Positions 39,858 through 52,885 of a stretch of 64,000 bases of DNA are shown one piece after another. Under the pieces are notes generated by a model. It saw only the letters and a list, made by a program, of their open reading frames with translations. It did not search any database and was not told the DNA's origin. The stretch comes from Eledone cirrhosa (lineage: Eukaryota), in contig OZ024743.1 of assembly GCA_964016885.1 (NCBI GenBank), positions 242,110,001 through 242,174,000 on the forward strand. The letters run 5' to 3'. Every line of letters starts with the position of its first letter. The first letter of the stretch is position 1. A program made the position numbers and the translations under genes.

Positions 39858-42800
39858 CTAGAATCTCAGTCATTGATGTTAGTTAACTGGAAAGTCCGTT
39901 GGAATGAATATCAAGCCACTACCTGCAGCCTCAGATATTCAGGACGTATCGGAGGGTTCTTGCTGTTCCCAGCAAGCATGCCTTTTGAAGCGTTCCAAAA
40001 AGCGTGAAGGGGCCGATTTTCTTTAACCATTCCTGGAAACTTTTGGAGATAGTCCCCAGTGCGCCTATGACAATCGGGATCACTTTGACTTCATGGCAGT
40101 TCCAAATCCCTTTTACCTCCCACTTTAAGTCCTGGTATCGGTTAATTTTTTCCCTCTCCTTCTCTTGCACTCTCGTGTCGAATGGACAGGGCACATCCAC
40201 GATCAGACACGATCTTTTTTTTTGTCCACAACCACCAGGTCAGGTCTATTGTGTTCCAGTTTCTTGTCCGTCTGTATCCAAAAATCCCACAGCACCTTCA
40301 CCTGATCGTTCTCCATCACCGCCTCTGGCTTATGCTCATACCATTTCTCAGAATGTGGTAAATTGTTTACTTTGCACAGGTGCCAGTGGATCACCATGCC
40401 CATCACATCATGTCTCCAGCCCTTATAGAGGGTCTGGGCTAGGTGTTTACACTCGGATACAATGTGAGCCACAGTCTTCTCTCTCTCTCCACAGATCCTG
40501 CACAGTGGGCTAGCCTCCTCCTTGTAAATATGCTGTTTCAACCACTTCGTTTTGAGGGCCTGCTCCTGCGCAGCCATTAACATTCCTTCTGTAGCCTTTT
40601 TAAGGTCTCCTCTTCTTAACCAGTTCCATGTCTGTGGATCTCTAAATTCAGTTTTCTCAAAGAAGGTACTATGAAGGGATTTTTCCTGAAGGCTGCTCTT
40701 TCTCCTTGATGTTATTTCCTCCTTGGATATCCCCTGGCCTATTGTCCCCTCCTTCAGTACAGTTCTGAGCATTGGCTCCTTACTATCTGTCACGTATTTG
40801 TGTAGGTTGTTTTTCTCCATCTGAACACAGTCCTCTATGCTGATAAGACCTCTTCCACCCTCAGATCTCCTTAGGTAGAGTCTATCGACATCACTCCTCT
40901 TGTAGAACATGTTGTAGATAGTCAATAGCTTCCTAGTCTTCCTATCCGTTTCTTTTTGTTCAGCAACATTCCATCTCAGAATTCCCGCACTGTACCTAAT
41001 AATAGACACAGCTCGGGAATTTACTGCGCTTATGGCATTTCTGCTGTTCAGATGTGACTTCAATACGCTCCTTATTCTCCGAATGTATTCAGTTCTTAAC
41101 AATTCATTCATTTTTTTTGTTCTTTATGCCATCAGCCTCCAGAACGCCCAAATACTTGTATCCTTCCTCAGAGTCAATTTCCTTTATCATCTCACCTGTT
41201 GGTATCTGGATTCCGTTACTTCTGCTCAACCTACCCCTCCTCATCACAATGACTCCACACTTACTAATACCAAACTGCATACATATATCACTGCTGAAAA
41301 TACGGACAGTGTCAACAAGCACATCCAACTCCTTCTCACTCTTCCCGAAGAGCTTAAGATCGTCCATGAAGTGGAGGTGATTGAGGCTTTTGGTGATCCA
41401 AGAATGAGGCACCATGTCAAATGCCTTTCTGTAGTCTATCCATCCCATGGCAAGATCAGTGTGTCTCCTCCTGCAATTCCCCATTACCATATTATCAATA
41501 AGTAACTGGTCTTTTGTACCACGTGACTTCTTTCGGCATCCTTTCTGTTCGTCCGGTAACAAGTTGTTTGTGTGGAGGTGATGGTAGATTTCCTCAGACA
41601 CAATGCTCGTCAACAGTTTCCACATTACGGACAGACATGTGATAGGTCTATAGTTGGTAACATCATTACCCTTGATTCGGTCTTTCATTATCAGAACTGT
41701 GGTACCTTTTGTCAACCACTCTGGTACCTCACCTGACATCAAGCAGTCATTGAACATGGTTGTCAGTTTCGGGTGGAGGGATGTTATATTTTTAATCCAA
41801 TACCCCTGCACACCATCTGGGCCTGGTGATTTCCAGTTGGTTAGCTCTTTGGCCTGCCCCTTAAGAGTTTCAACTGTGATACTCAAATCAGTTTGTTGGT
41901 GTGCCTGCTCACCGATCTCCCTCTGTACTGTCTCAATCCACCCTGCCTGGTCATTATGTCTAACATGCTGCTCCCATATTCCTCTCCAGAATGTTTTAGT
42001 TTGTTCCGCCTCAGGGATCAAGTCGTTGCCTGTTTCTTTCCCCTCAAGCTGTCCAAACAGCATCTTCTGGTTGTTGTCGAACATGCGGTTCTATTTATAC
42101 TGACTGACTCTGTTCTCGTATCGCCTGATTTTTGCACTCTTTGCTACAATGCGTTGCTTCAGTTCCTCTATGATAATATTTAGCTTTTTCCTCCTAGTTT
42201 TGTACTTTATTTCCAGTCTATTTTTAGTGCCTATGTTTTTTAGTGTCCCATTCAGTAGTGACTCAAGCTTTCCAATGTCATTTCTCATTTCCCTGATTTG
42301 ACCACTCAGTCGTTTCTTCCACCAAGGCTCTGCTCTTTCTTGTCTGTTGTTTCCTCTCGCTTTTATACCAAGTAGTTTCCTCACCGTATTTGCTGTTGCT
42401 TTGAGGATATTGTTGCACTGGTGAAGGCTCCTCGCCTCAAGGTATGGGATGACTTTGTTTACCTTAGCTGTTGTTTCTTTTAACTTTTTCCTGTCTACAA
42501 ATCTTAGGTTCATAGGTCTCCCACTATCATTGTTCAATTCATCTACCACTAAATTTAGGATGTCAACCGAATCTTGTCCTATCCCGTCAGCATTCATCTC
42601 CTCAGTGGCCGTATCTCTGTTCCGGGTATTATTTATCTCAGTATTCAGATCATTGTCTGCTTCGGGTGGTTCCTCCGTTCTCTCGACCCCTTCACCTTCA
42701 TTTCCCACTGGCTCGTTTGCCTGGCATACTCCACCCTCCATCTCCAAGCTAATCTCTCTGCTCAGTTCCTCCAGTTCCAGCTCGCTTATCCACTCATTAG

Positions 42801-44125
42801 TTCTTATTACCCGAGCCTGCCCGGCCAATTTTTGTTCATCTAATTTAAATAGACCAATCTCGTTCCAGATGTTATGCATCCGTCTCCTATAGCCCCTCTC
42901 CTTGGGGTTACTTTTCAGGTAACATTGCATAGCAGTTTTATTCAATTCTTTCTTCCAGTTGGTTCTGGTCCCTTTCCTTCTTCTTCTTCCTCCGACACCA
43001 GCAGTATTTGGTTGACAGCCAGGTTCCCGCTGCTGAGCCAGGGAGCACCTGTTGGGTGAGAGTCTGTCACATGACGTTCTAGTCTCCATTTCACCGTTAT
43101 TCGAACTGTTTAGGTTCGATATTTAAACAATCTTATCGAGGATTGGCGAATGTATGGTTACATAATCATCTGTGGATTCACCGTCTCCGGTGGTTGCACC
43201 GCTCCACTTGGCTCCTGTGTGGCATTATCAGCACGCTGTAGGCGAACACAAATAAACAAACAAACAAACAGGCAGAAAAAACCCCAAAAATGAATAAGCA
43301 TAAGTTTCATTGTAATGTAGTGTTCGAATGTCTGACATAGTTTTTCCCCTCTCTTCTCTGTCCGTCCGCTTGTTTCTCTCTTCATTCTTATTTTCTTTAC
43401 GTTTTTTTTTTGTTTTTGTTTTTCTCTGTTTGTTTTTCTCTTTTTTTTTTGTTGTTGCTGTGCTGCTTTGGTTTTAATGTTTGTTTTTTCTTTTGAATCT
43501 ATCTATATATTTTGATGCCTTCCTCTTTTTTAGTAGGAATTCTATAATGTGGTGGCAGCAACTAGCAGGAAGCAATGGGAGAGAATAGTGGCGGTAGCGA
43601 TACTGAGACAGTGGTAGTGGTGATGTCGATACTGAGGCAGTGGTGGTGGTGATGTGATCGTATTACTGTAGTGTTGGTGTTGTAGCGGTGGTAGCAATGA
43701 AGGAGTGGTGGCGGCGGTGATGGGATAGTGGTAGTAATGATGGCAGTGGCCGTTATCTGGCTGTTGTGTTTAGTGTACACAGAGAGGTTATGGGGTAGGT
43801 GGTGTATCTAGTTTCTGGTGTTGGTGAGATTGGTGTTGTTTGTCTATTCTATATAGTGTAGACAGAGGAGGGGGGGTTCTTCTTCTTCCATTTATAGCCA
43901 TTTTCTTTTTTGAATATACAATGTACAATACAAAGTTGAATATTTGAATATTTGAGCCTTATAACAATATATTTTGGGTCCGAATTTTTTGGGGGCTCAA
44001 GCCGGATGCTTTACGTAGCATTTGTACTAAGAGTTGTTATTTCACAAATGATTTAAATATGTTAAAAATTCAAAACTTACGGGAGCGATTTCATGACCTT
44101 CTACCACCTCGTGTGTCTTCTTCCC
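39857..44125 (-). mobile_element. R4/Dong-type LINE copy 2 (full-length extent, disrupted)
   Basis: ORF pieces 43089->39931; stop at 42091, ~234-bp RT deletion near 41385, frameshifts; ~1-kb 5' region; (ATT)n flanks. Confidence 0.93.
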
Positions 44126-44166
44126 TTATTATTATTATTATTATTATTATTATTGTTATTGTTATT

Positions 44167-46873
44167 CCTTGAATCTCAGTCATTGATGTTGGTTAACTGG
44201 AAAGTCCGTTGGATTGAATATCAAGCCACTACCTGCAGCCTCAGATATTCAGGACGTATCGGAGGGTTCTTGCCGTTCCAAGCAAGCATGCCTTTTGAAG
44301 CGTTCCAAAAAGCGTGAAGGGGCCGATTTTCTTTAACCATCCCTGGAAACCTTTGGAGATAGTCCCCAGTGCGCCTATGACAATCGGGATCACTTTGACT
44401 TCATGGCAGTTCCAAATCCTTTTCACCTCCCATTTTAGGTCCTGGTATCGGTTAATTTTCTCCCTCTCCTTCTCTTGCACTCTCGTGTCGAACGGGCAGG
44501 CCACATCCACAATCAGGCACGATCTTTTTTCTTTGTCCACAACCACCAGGTCAGGTCTATTGTGTTCCAGTTTTTTGTCCGTCTGTATCCTAAAATCCCA
44601 CAGCACCTTCACCTGACTGTTCTCCATCACCGCCTCTGGCCTATGCTCATACCATTTCTCAGAATGTGGTAGATTGTTTACTTTGCACAGGTGCCAGTGG
44701 ATCACCCTGCCCATCACATCGTGTCTCCAGCCCTTATAGTGGGTCTGGGATAGGTGTTTACACTCGGACACAATGTGAGCCACAGTCTCCTCTCTCTCTC
44801 CACAGATCCTGCACAGTGGGCTAGCCTCCTCCTTGTAGATATGGTGCTTCAACCACTTCGTTTTGAGGGCCTGCTCCTGCGCAGCCATTAGCATTCCTTC
44901 TGTAGCCTTTTTGAGGTCTCCTCTTCTCAACCAGTTCCATGTCTGTGGATCTCTAAATTCAGTTTTCTCAAAGAAGGTACTATGAAGGGATTTTCCCTTA
45001 AGGCTGCTCTTCCTCCTTGATGTTATTTCCTCCTTGGATATCCCCTGGCCTACTGTCCCCTCCTTCAGTACAGCTCTGAGCATTGGCTCCTTACTATAGG
45101 TCACGTATTTGTATAGGTTGTTTTTCTCCATCTGAACACAGTCCTCTATGCTGATAAGACCTCTTCCACCCTCAGATCTCCTTAGGTAGAGTCTATCGAC
45201 ATCACTCCTCTTGTGGAACATGTTGTAGATATTCAATAGCTTCCTAGTCTTCCTATCCATTTCTTTTTGTTCAGCAACATTCCATCTCAGAATTCCCGCA
45301 CTGTACCTAATAATAGACACAGCTCGGGAATTTACTGCGCTTATGGCATTTCTGCTGTTCAGATGTGACTTCAATACGCTCCTTACTCTCCGAATGTATT
45401 CAGTTCTTAACAATTCCTTCATTTTTTTGTTCTTTATGCCATCAGCCTCCAGAACGCCCAAATACTTGTATCCTTCCTCAGAGTCAATTTCCTTTATCAT
45501 CTCACCTGTTGGTATCTGGATCCCGTTACTTCTGCTCAACCTACCCCTCCTCATCACAATGACTCCACATTTACCAATACCAAACTGCATACATATATCA
45601 CTGCTGAAAATACGGACAGTGTCAACAAGCACATCCAACTCCTTCTCACTTTTCCCGAAGAGCTTAAGATCGTCCATGAAGAGGAGGTGATTGATGGTAA
45701 GCTCTCCCCTTCCCAACTTGTATCCTGCTCTCACTTTTCGCAGCATAATGGTCAAGGGCATCAGGGCAAGGACAAACAACAGAGGGGACAGGCTATCTCC
45801 CTGGAAGATACCTCTCTTGATCTTCACGCTTCCCAAGGATACTCCAGTTGATGTCAACTCTGTCTCCCAGGACCCCATACTCCTGCCCAGCAACTGTCTG
45901 ATGTTATCTGCCACCCTGAAGATCTCCAGGCTTTTGGTGATCCAGTAATGAGGCACCATGTCAAATGCCTTTCTGTAGTCTATCCATCCCATGGCAAGAT
46001 CAGTGTGTCTCCTCCTGCAATTCCCCATTACCATCTTATCAATAAGCAACTGGTCCTTTGTACCACGTGACTTCTTTCGGCATCCTTTCTGTTCGTCCGG
46101 CAACAAGTTGTTTGTGTGGAGGTGATGGTAGATTTCCTCAGACACAATGCTCGTCAACAGTTTCCACATTACGGGCAGACATGTGATAGGTCTATAGTTG
46201 GTAACATCATTACCCTTGATTCGGTCTTTCATTATCAGAACTGTGGTACCTTTTGTCAACCACTCTGGCACCTCACCCGACACCAAGCAGTCATTGAACA
46301 TGGCCGTCAGCTTCGGGTGGAGGGATGTTAAATGTTTAATCCAATACCCCTGCACACCATCTGGGCCTGGTGATTTCCAGTTGGTTAGTTTTTTGGCTTG
46401 CCCCTTAAGAGTTTCAACTGTGATACTCAAATCAGTCTGTTGCTGTGCCTGCTCACCGATCTCCCTCTGTACTGTCTCAATCCACCCTGCCTGGGCATTG
46501 TGTCTAACATCCTGCTCCCATATTCCTCTCCAGAATGTTTTAGCTTGTTCCGCCCCAGGGATCAAGTCGTTGCCTCTTTCTTTCCCCTCAAGCTGTCCAA
46601 ACAGCATCTTCTGGTTGTTGTCGAACATGCGGTTCTGTTTATACTGACTGACTCTGTTCTCGTATCGCCTGATTTTGGCACTCTTTGCTACAATGCGTTG
46701 CTTCAATTCCTCTATGATAATATTTAGCTTTTTACTCCTAGTTTTGTATTTTATTTCCAGTCTATTTTTAGTGCCTATGTTTTTTAGTGTCCCATTCAGT
46801 AGTGACTCAAGCTTTCCTATGTCATTTCTCATTTCCCCGATTTGCCCACTCAGTCGCTTCTTCCACCACGGCT
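44167..46873 (-). mobile_element. R4/Dong-type LINE copy 3 (5'-truncated, young)
   Basis: Same 3' end as copies 1 and 2; (ATT)n on both sides. Confidence 0.93.
44241..46832 (-). CDS. Reverse transcriptase-CCHC-restriction-like endonuclease ORF (N-terminally truncated)
   Basis: 863-aa uninterrupted frame: KAFDMV, QGDSLSP, FMDD, YKYLG, GGRGL, CRICGEREETVAHIVSEC, RHD, NRPDL..D..K..RY. Confidence 0.9.
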   Translation of the reverse strand: MRNDIGKLESLLNGTLKNIGTKNRLEIKYKTRSKKLNIIIEELKQRIVAKSAKIRRYENRVSQYKQNRMFDNNQKMLFGQLEGKERGNDLIPGAEQAKTFWRGIWEQDVRHNAQAGWIETVQREIGEQAQQQTDLSITVETLKGQAKKLTNWKSPGPDGVQGYWIKHLTSLHPKLTAMFNDCLVSGEVPEWLTKGTTVLIMKDRIKGNDVTNYRPITCLPVMWKLLTSIVSEEIYHHLHTNNLLPDEQKGCRKKSRGTKDQLLIDKMVMGNCRRRHTDLAMGWIDYRKAFDMVPHYWITKSLEIFRVADNIRQLLGRSMGSWETELTSTGVSLGSVKIKRGIFQGDSLSPLLFVLALMPLTIMLRKVRAGYKLGRGELTINHLLFMDDLKLFGKSEKELDVLVDTVRIFSSDICMQFGIGKCGVIVMRRGRLSRSNGIQIPTGEMIKEIDSEEGYKYLGVLEADGIKNKKMKELLRTEYIRRVRSVLKSHLNSRNAISAVNSRAVSIIRYSAGILRWNVAEQKEMDRKTRKLLNIYNMFHKRSDVDRLYLRRSEGGRGLISIEDCVQMEKNNLYKYVTYSKEPMLRAVLKEGTVGQGISKEEITSRRKSSLKGKSLHSTFFEKTEFRDPQTWNWLRRGDLKKATEGMLMAAQEQALKTKWLKHHIYKEEASPLCRICGEREETVAHIVSECKHLSQTHYKGWRHDVMGRVIHWHLCKVNNLPHSEKWYEHRPEAVMENSQVKVLWDFRIQTDKKLEHNRPDLVVVDKEKRSCLIVDVACPFDTRVQEKEREKINRYQDLKWEVKRIWNCHEVKVIPIVIGALGTISKGFQGWLKKIGPFTLFGTLQKACLLGTARTLRYVLNI

Positions 46874-46899
46874 TATTATTATTATTATTATTATTATTA

Positions 46900-46932
<33 letters not shown>

Positions 46933-47415
46933 TGTGTTATATATTATACATACATATTATACAGATATATAGATATAGATAGATTGGTCCGTGCGTAGAT
47001 GTGTCTGTGAATACTCATTAGTCATTCACCTATATTTTAGAGTAACAAATGGGTATTAGTATGCCGGCGATTGTATGTAACACTAGAATATGTTGTATTT
47101 CTGAACTCGCATTTAGGTAGGCTACCTACTCTGTATGATATTACTTGTGTGTTTCTAGTCAAAATAAATGTGGTAATATAGTAATGTTTATTGTAATAAC
47201 TATTGCGTCAAATTTATTGATTTCATGCAGATTTATGGCTGAATAAATTTTAGTTAATATAATAATAATGGTTTTCGTAGTTTAATTCGTAATTGAAGTT
47301 TGCCAATTTTCTGTCTTGTTAGTATGTTGTTAGTATAAATATTTCAGTAAGTTATATAATATAGGCCGATGATTAAACTCGTCAGCCTTTGCAAAAGTAA
47401 TACTGCAGATATATA

Positions 47416-48295
47416 TCTATATATCTAAAACAGAGAATGTCTGTCTGTCTGTCTGTCAGTCTGTCTGTCTGTCTCCCTAAAACTCGAGAACCACCCAACC
47501 GATTTTTTTCAAACTATACACATGTAATACTTATGGGCGTGTGAGTGTTTTGAGCAAATAATATTTCAAATTGTCAATGTCCCAGCGACCGCATTAGGCG
47601 AAAAACCGAATATTTTAGGCTTTAAATGTTTTTTAAAGCATAATGGAACAATAATCCAGGCGATTTTTTCAAAATTTGCATTACTTAGGTCGTTTAAAGT
47701 ATTTTGAGCAAAAAGGATTTTCTCATTTTTTGCCCCAGGGACCGCATTAGGCGAAAAACCGATTTTTTGAAGCATGTTGGTTGCGTTAGGGCCTGTAACA
47801 CGAGAAATACCCAACCGATTTTTTTTAAACTTTGCATATGCATTACTAATGTTTCACTAATGTTCTTGACTGAAAAAGATTTCAAATTCTTGCCCGCGGA
47901 CCGCATTGTTTAGCATTTTGGTTGCGTTAGGGTCTGTAACCTTAAAAGTATCCAACTAAATTCCTTCGTGCTCTCCACTACTGCAGTCCCACATGCTTAC
48001 TGCTTTGTAACTATTGCTTTCATTGTACCATAGCACAACAAATACATGTTCGGTTTGTCGAATGCCTTTTTATTTAACCCTATCGTCTTCGCTTTCGTGG
48101 GTTGAACATTTTACCCTCAGGCACCCAATTAAATTAAACCCCTGGTAATCTACAACGAATGTTTTTTATAAGCACAAAATGTAGACACCATCCCCAGGCC
48201 GAGGTATTCCGTATTTCTCTGTACTGTTTCAGAAAGGAGGGATAACATGCCAATCTATGTTTAGAATCCCGATCAACGCCGGGCCATTCTGCTAC
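47416..48295 (+). mobile_element. Non-autonomous Helitron-like element
   Basis: A|TC 5' end, (CTGT)n, aaccgatttt motif, internal repeats gaccgcattaggcgaaaaaccga, subterminal hairpin cccgatcaacgccggg then CTAC|T (decayed CTAG). Confidence 0.7.
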
Positions 48296-48349
48296 TATAT
48301 ATATATATATATGTGTGTGTGTGTGGGTGTGCGTGTGTGTGAGTGTGTG

Positions 48350-48524
48350 TAACAAAGAAAGTGTGGTAAGAAACTAGGTGGACCATAACGCACCAGAGTA
48401 CTCGATACTTAGGGTAGTAGAGTAGGTAATATAAAAAAGAGTCAGGACACCGACGGCTGAGCTCTGGTCGTTTCGACAGCTAGATCCGAATTCGGAGCTC
48501 AGCCGTCGGGGTCCTGACTCTTTA

Positions 48525-48528
<4 letters not shown>
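48350..48528 (-). mobile_element. Family B hairpin+tail element, copy 4
   Basis: Antisense shared tail; arms aagagtcagga..ccgacggctgagctc / gagctcagccgtcggggtcctgactctt. Confidence 0.8.
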
Positions 48529-48559
<31 letters not shown>

Positions 48560-48560
<1 letters not shown>

Positions 48561-48757
48561 ACCTGAATTAAATCGGGGATAACCACAGTTGATACGATAC
48601 TCAATACATTAGTAGAGTGTGAATATATAATATAGAAAGGGCTTCTACAGGACTAGCACTGTTTCATTCGTATTAAATGATCAGAAATGCGCATTCCTTG
48701 TGATTTTATACGAATGAAACAGTCCTAGCCCTGTAGAAGACCTTTCCATATTATATA
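48560..48757 (-). mobile_element. Fold-back element with a hammerhead-like 3' half
   Basis: Arms ~48625-48673 and ~48708-48757, tail on the left; minus strand reads GAAAC-agtgcta-GTC; a related remnant lies at 60910-61010. Confidence 0.65.
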
Positions 48758-48761
48758 TGTG

Positions 48762-48909
<148 letters not shown>

Positions 48910-48979
48910 GTAATCAGACGAAGGGTAGGCGTAAAATCCAAACTCGTTATCTGGGCCCGGTCGTCGTCCTGCTACTTCG

Positions 48980-50478
48980 AGAAATTTCAAGTTTAAGCCT
49001 TTGAATATTGGGTGCTGGTATGTTCACACTTTACTAGATTCTCAGTCTTTTACAATATGTCATGAAAGAAGATCAGCACTGGTAACTAAAGAGCTGCAGC
49101 GATGCATAGATCTAATGCCTTGTCTGAAACGAGACTCTCTGAAGAAAGCCACTTACAGAACAGTTCGGTTACACCTTTTATTTGTAGAAGAAAAGCAGAA
49201 GGATACAAAAGGGAATGTGGTGTAGGATTTACTGTTAAGTACTCTCTAGTTTCTAAGCTGGAAGAGCTTGCAAATGCATTAACTGATCAACTTATGTCAA
49301 TGAGAATTCCATGATCAGAGAACAGTTTTGTCACTCTAGTGAGTGTTATACGCTCCAACCATACGCTCCAACCAATCTGAGGACGAAAAAGTCTGTTTAT
49401 CTTTCACTGAAGGAACTCGTCCATTCGTTTCCTCGGGCTGACAAAGTTGTCATTCTGAGTGACTTCAAAGCTAGAATTGACAGGGATTATGAAACATGTG
49501 ATGTACTCGAAAAACTTGGAGCTGGAAGAGGCAACATCAATGGTTTGCTGCAGCTACAAATGTATCAGGAGTTGGATTTGTGCATAACAAAAACCCTGTT
49601 TCAGAAGAAAGATAAATACAAAACAACCTGGCTGCACTGTCGATCAAAGCGGTGGCACATGATTGATTATGTTTTTGTCCGCAGGCATGATGTTTGTGAT
49701 GTGTGCAGTGTCAGGGTTATACGGGAGCTGAATGTTTGACTGATCGTCGTATTCGTGCAAATGTGAAGTTTGCTGTGAAAACAAAGATCAGGGTATGTGA
49801 TCTGACCATACCAAAGAAAGAAATGTGGCTCGTACAAAAGATGATGCAATTAAGGAATTGCTGGTGAAGAGAATGGATGACATTCAATGTGATGAATCAT
49901 GGGAAGAGTTGAAAACATCTGTTTAGTAAGTCGGCACGGATGTTCTGGGTTTAGTCAAAAGAATAACATTGATGAGAATAACAAAGAGGTTCAAATGCTT
50001 TTAAATTAATGTAACACAGTGATAACGAAGGTGCTAGCTGGAGGACCAGAAATGCCTACGAATGAAGTCTTGCTCAAAGTGAAGTGTAAAGTGCAGCGTA
50101 GTCTTCATGGCATGCAAGATAAGTTGTGGAGGAATAAAGCAGAGGAGATTCAGTCGGCCTTTAACTCCAACAATATAAAGTTGCTGTAGAATTTGTTGCA
50201 GGCCGTTATTCTCTCCAGTTGCACATCTTCTCACCCAGGACGGCAACGGATTGCTTAGGAATCCAAAGAGATTCTTGTCAGGTGCCACGAACGCTTTGAC
50301 AGACTTTTGAATAGGCCTTCTGAGATTGATGATGAGTTTGTAGACACCATTCCCTGCAGATCTACCATAGATATAATGGCAGAAACCCCTTCCATAGAAG
50401 TCCAAATTGCTGTGAAAAAGCTGAATAGTGGTAATTCATCTGGGATGGCCGGTCTCCGTGCTGAAATCTTCAGACCTG
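48980..50478 (+). pseudogene. RTE-clade LINE 5' fragment (APE endonuclease to RT start)
   Basis: LNIGCWYVHTL, ERRSALVTKEL, LSETRL, YAPT, SDFKAR, KTTWLHCRSKRWHMIDYV, EVQIAVKKLNSGNSSGMAGLRAEIF. Confidence 0.88.
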
Positions 50479-50479
50479 C

Positions 50480-50718
50480 GACTACGTTTGCCTTCAATGG
50501 AGCAAATGCATTCGATGTTCAGAGAGAGGGATTGGCCCCGAGTAAAGCCTTCCCTCACTTGAAAAAGCTTCAAGCGCAGGCATCGCTTGATATATGGTAT
50601 TGCTGGTGATAGGTAAATCCCTAGTAGGACTAAAAAGCCACGTCCGTGGTGTTCATGCTTAAGTATCAAACGATGGCATTACTCAAAATCGAGGTTCAGC
50701 CATCATGTATGTATGTAT
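50480..50718 (+). mobile_element. Interspersed repeat with (ATGT)n tail
   Basis: Homologous to 6915-7125. Confidence 0.75.
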
Positions 50719-50809
50719 ATTTCTCTTTCTCTTAATTTCGAGTACATTTTTGACCAGCCACCTTCCTGGTGGCAAGGTTGTAAAAGAATAGAAATTGTTA
50801 TCCCTTGAA

Positions 50810-52885
50810 TCGCAATAATGTTTAGCAAATTTTGGTGGTGCTAGATATCGCAGCCATTTGTAGTATATAAATTAGAGAACTGCGCTCTTTGTCCACAAAT
50901 CCAAGTTCAGTCATATTTTGGTCCAAGTGGGTTGGTATATAACCTATAGCTCCAATAATAATGGGTATTAAGCTGAAGATGTATCTTGGATACTGGATTT
51001 GCAAACTCCTCATCAATCGTCCGTAGATGTCCTACTTCTGTATTTTTTATACAATGTTGACATTAAGTGGGCAGCTGATCCCTACAACAGAGCACGTTTC
51101 CAATGTGTGGTCCCAAACAACAACATCAGGCCAGTTCCAGTTGTGCTTTAATTTGGTGGCAGTTTTTATTTTCAGGTTCCACCAGTAATCCTTAGTGCCA
51201 TCTATCTCAACATATTCCTCCTCATTTATTTTTAATTTTGTTTTCCCTTGTGCGTTCCAGATGGTTATCATATCGTGTCTCATAGGGAGGTAGTAACGAG
51301 ATGACATGCTTTCATAGTTGGCACTAATGTGGCTAACAGCTTCGATCTTTGTTTTACATAGCCTACATTCATTATCGACTGATGGCCCTCTCCTCTTTTG
51401 TGTAGCAGATATTTGGTAGGAATTTCTTGTTCCTGTAATGCATAGAGATATCCTTCAAGGTGTGATGTTATAAACTTGTTGGAATTCCATGCCATACTTT
51501 TTGAAAGATTTATCCCCTCTATGGTCTATGTTTTCGTCTGAGGCACCCATGCATAACTTTCGCTGTGAATTGGTCCATTTTTTTTTTATCTTATTCGAGC
51601 ATTGAATCGGATCTTTCAATGTTCCTGTGAGACACCATGCTTTGCAGCACAGAGTTATGGCCCTTTACGTTCTGAGTTCAAATCCCGCCGAGGTTAACTT
51701 TGCCTTTCATCCTTACGGGGTCGATAAAATAAAGTACTAGTAATGCACTGGAGTTATTGCTGGCCTTGTGCCAAAAGTAGAAACAATTATTTCCTGCATG
51801 CTCATAAACCTGGGCAAGATGGTTGTTGACCTGTATCTTCTGTTGAAGATGTTGCTTCAGTGTTACTATCCGGGCCTCGTATGATGTTAATATGGATTTT
51901 AGACCCCGGCCACCTTCCTTGCGTGAGAAGTATAGCCTATCCACATCATTGATGTTAAATGTTCAGTAACACTGAGCAGCTTGCGAGTTCTTATGTCCAC
52001 CTCACTTAATTCTTGCAATGACCAGTTGAGCAGGTCAAGTGTTGGTGTTAGGATTGGCACAGCAAAAGTATTGTCGGCAATGTACTTATTGTACGCTAAG
52101 AGTTCTGATGACCATATTTTCTTTACTGGGGTATTCGGGCTTGGTTCTCTCCTGATGTATGGGTCCATCATATTTGACATTCTCATCCTGTCCAAGATAT
52201 CTGTTAGTTGTCACCTGACTGTAGAGGTTGTATTGTCAAGCCGTTCATCTCTAGATTTCCAGAGAAGGGCACAACCTTCCACGTTTTACTGTCAAATATG
52301 CACATTTGGACAAAATTTCATTCTGACGTCTGTAGAAAATTATACAATGAGGTCCAATTTTTGTTATATAGTTGGTATTTGGCCCATACCACTTCAGGTC
52401 ATCAACAAAGAAAAGTTGGGATATACTTCTGGACCCACTTCTAATACCACTTTGATTTGTGAGCAGCTATGATAATGGGTTTAGTGAGAGGACGAAGAGC
52501 AGCACTGATAAGCAATCACCCTGGAAGATTCCTTTCTGGTAGTGTATTGTATCAGTCTACATTTGCTCCTTCTCACTCCTAAGGATAAAATCAATGCACC
52601 AGTTCTTGGTAAGGCGTTCAATAGCATGTACTAGTGGTTGTGGGACTTTGGCTAACTGTAAAGCCTTAATAATCCACCCATGAGGTACACAATCAAAAGT
52701 CTCCTGATAGTCCAGCCACACCACAGCCATGTTCCTGCGATTATTTGCTGTTTTTTCCTGTATCATGTTGTTAATTAGTACCTAATCTATGCAGCCCCAC
52801 ACATCCTTCTTTCCACCAGCTTGCTCAGGTGTTATAATGTTATTGGTGGCACAATGATCCTGCAAGAATAGATTAAGGCACCGAG
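50810..52885 (-). pseudogene. Divergent R4/Dong-like RT-RLE LINE remnant
   Basis: WLDYQETFDCVPH, GIFQGDCLS, DRLYFSRKEGGRGL, EGYLYALQEQEI, RHD, PDVVVWD, PIIIGAIG. Confidence 0.88.
51632..51790 (+). mobile_element. Family-1 SINE inserted into the LINE remnant
   Basis: B box, central domain and 3' end. Confidence 0.9.

Noticed and set aside
43140-43250. HDV-like ribozyme upstream of the Dong ORF
   Set aside because: Conserved GC-rich patch in copies 1 and 2, but the nested double pseudoknot could not be built by eye
34077-46998. Antisense and alternative-frame ORFs over the LINEs
   Set aside because: Shadows of the retrotransposon coding sequences
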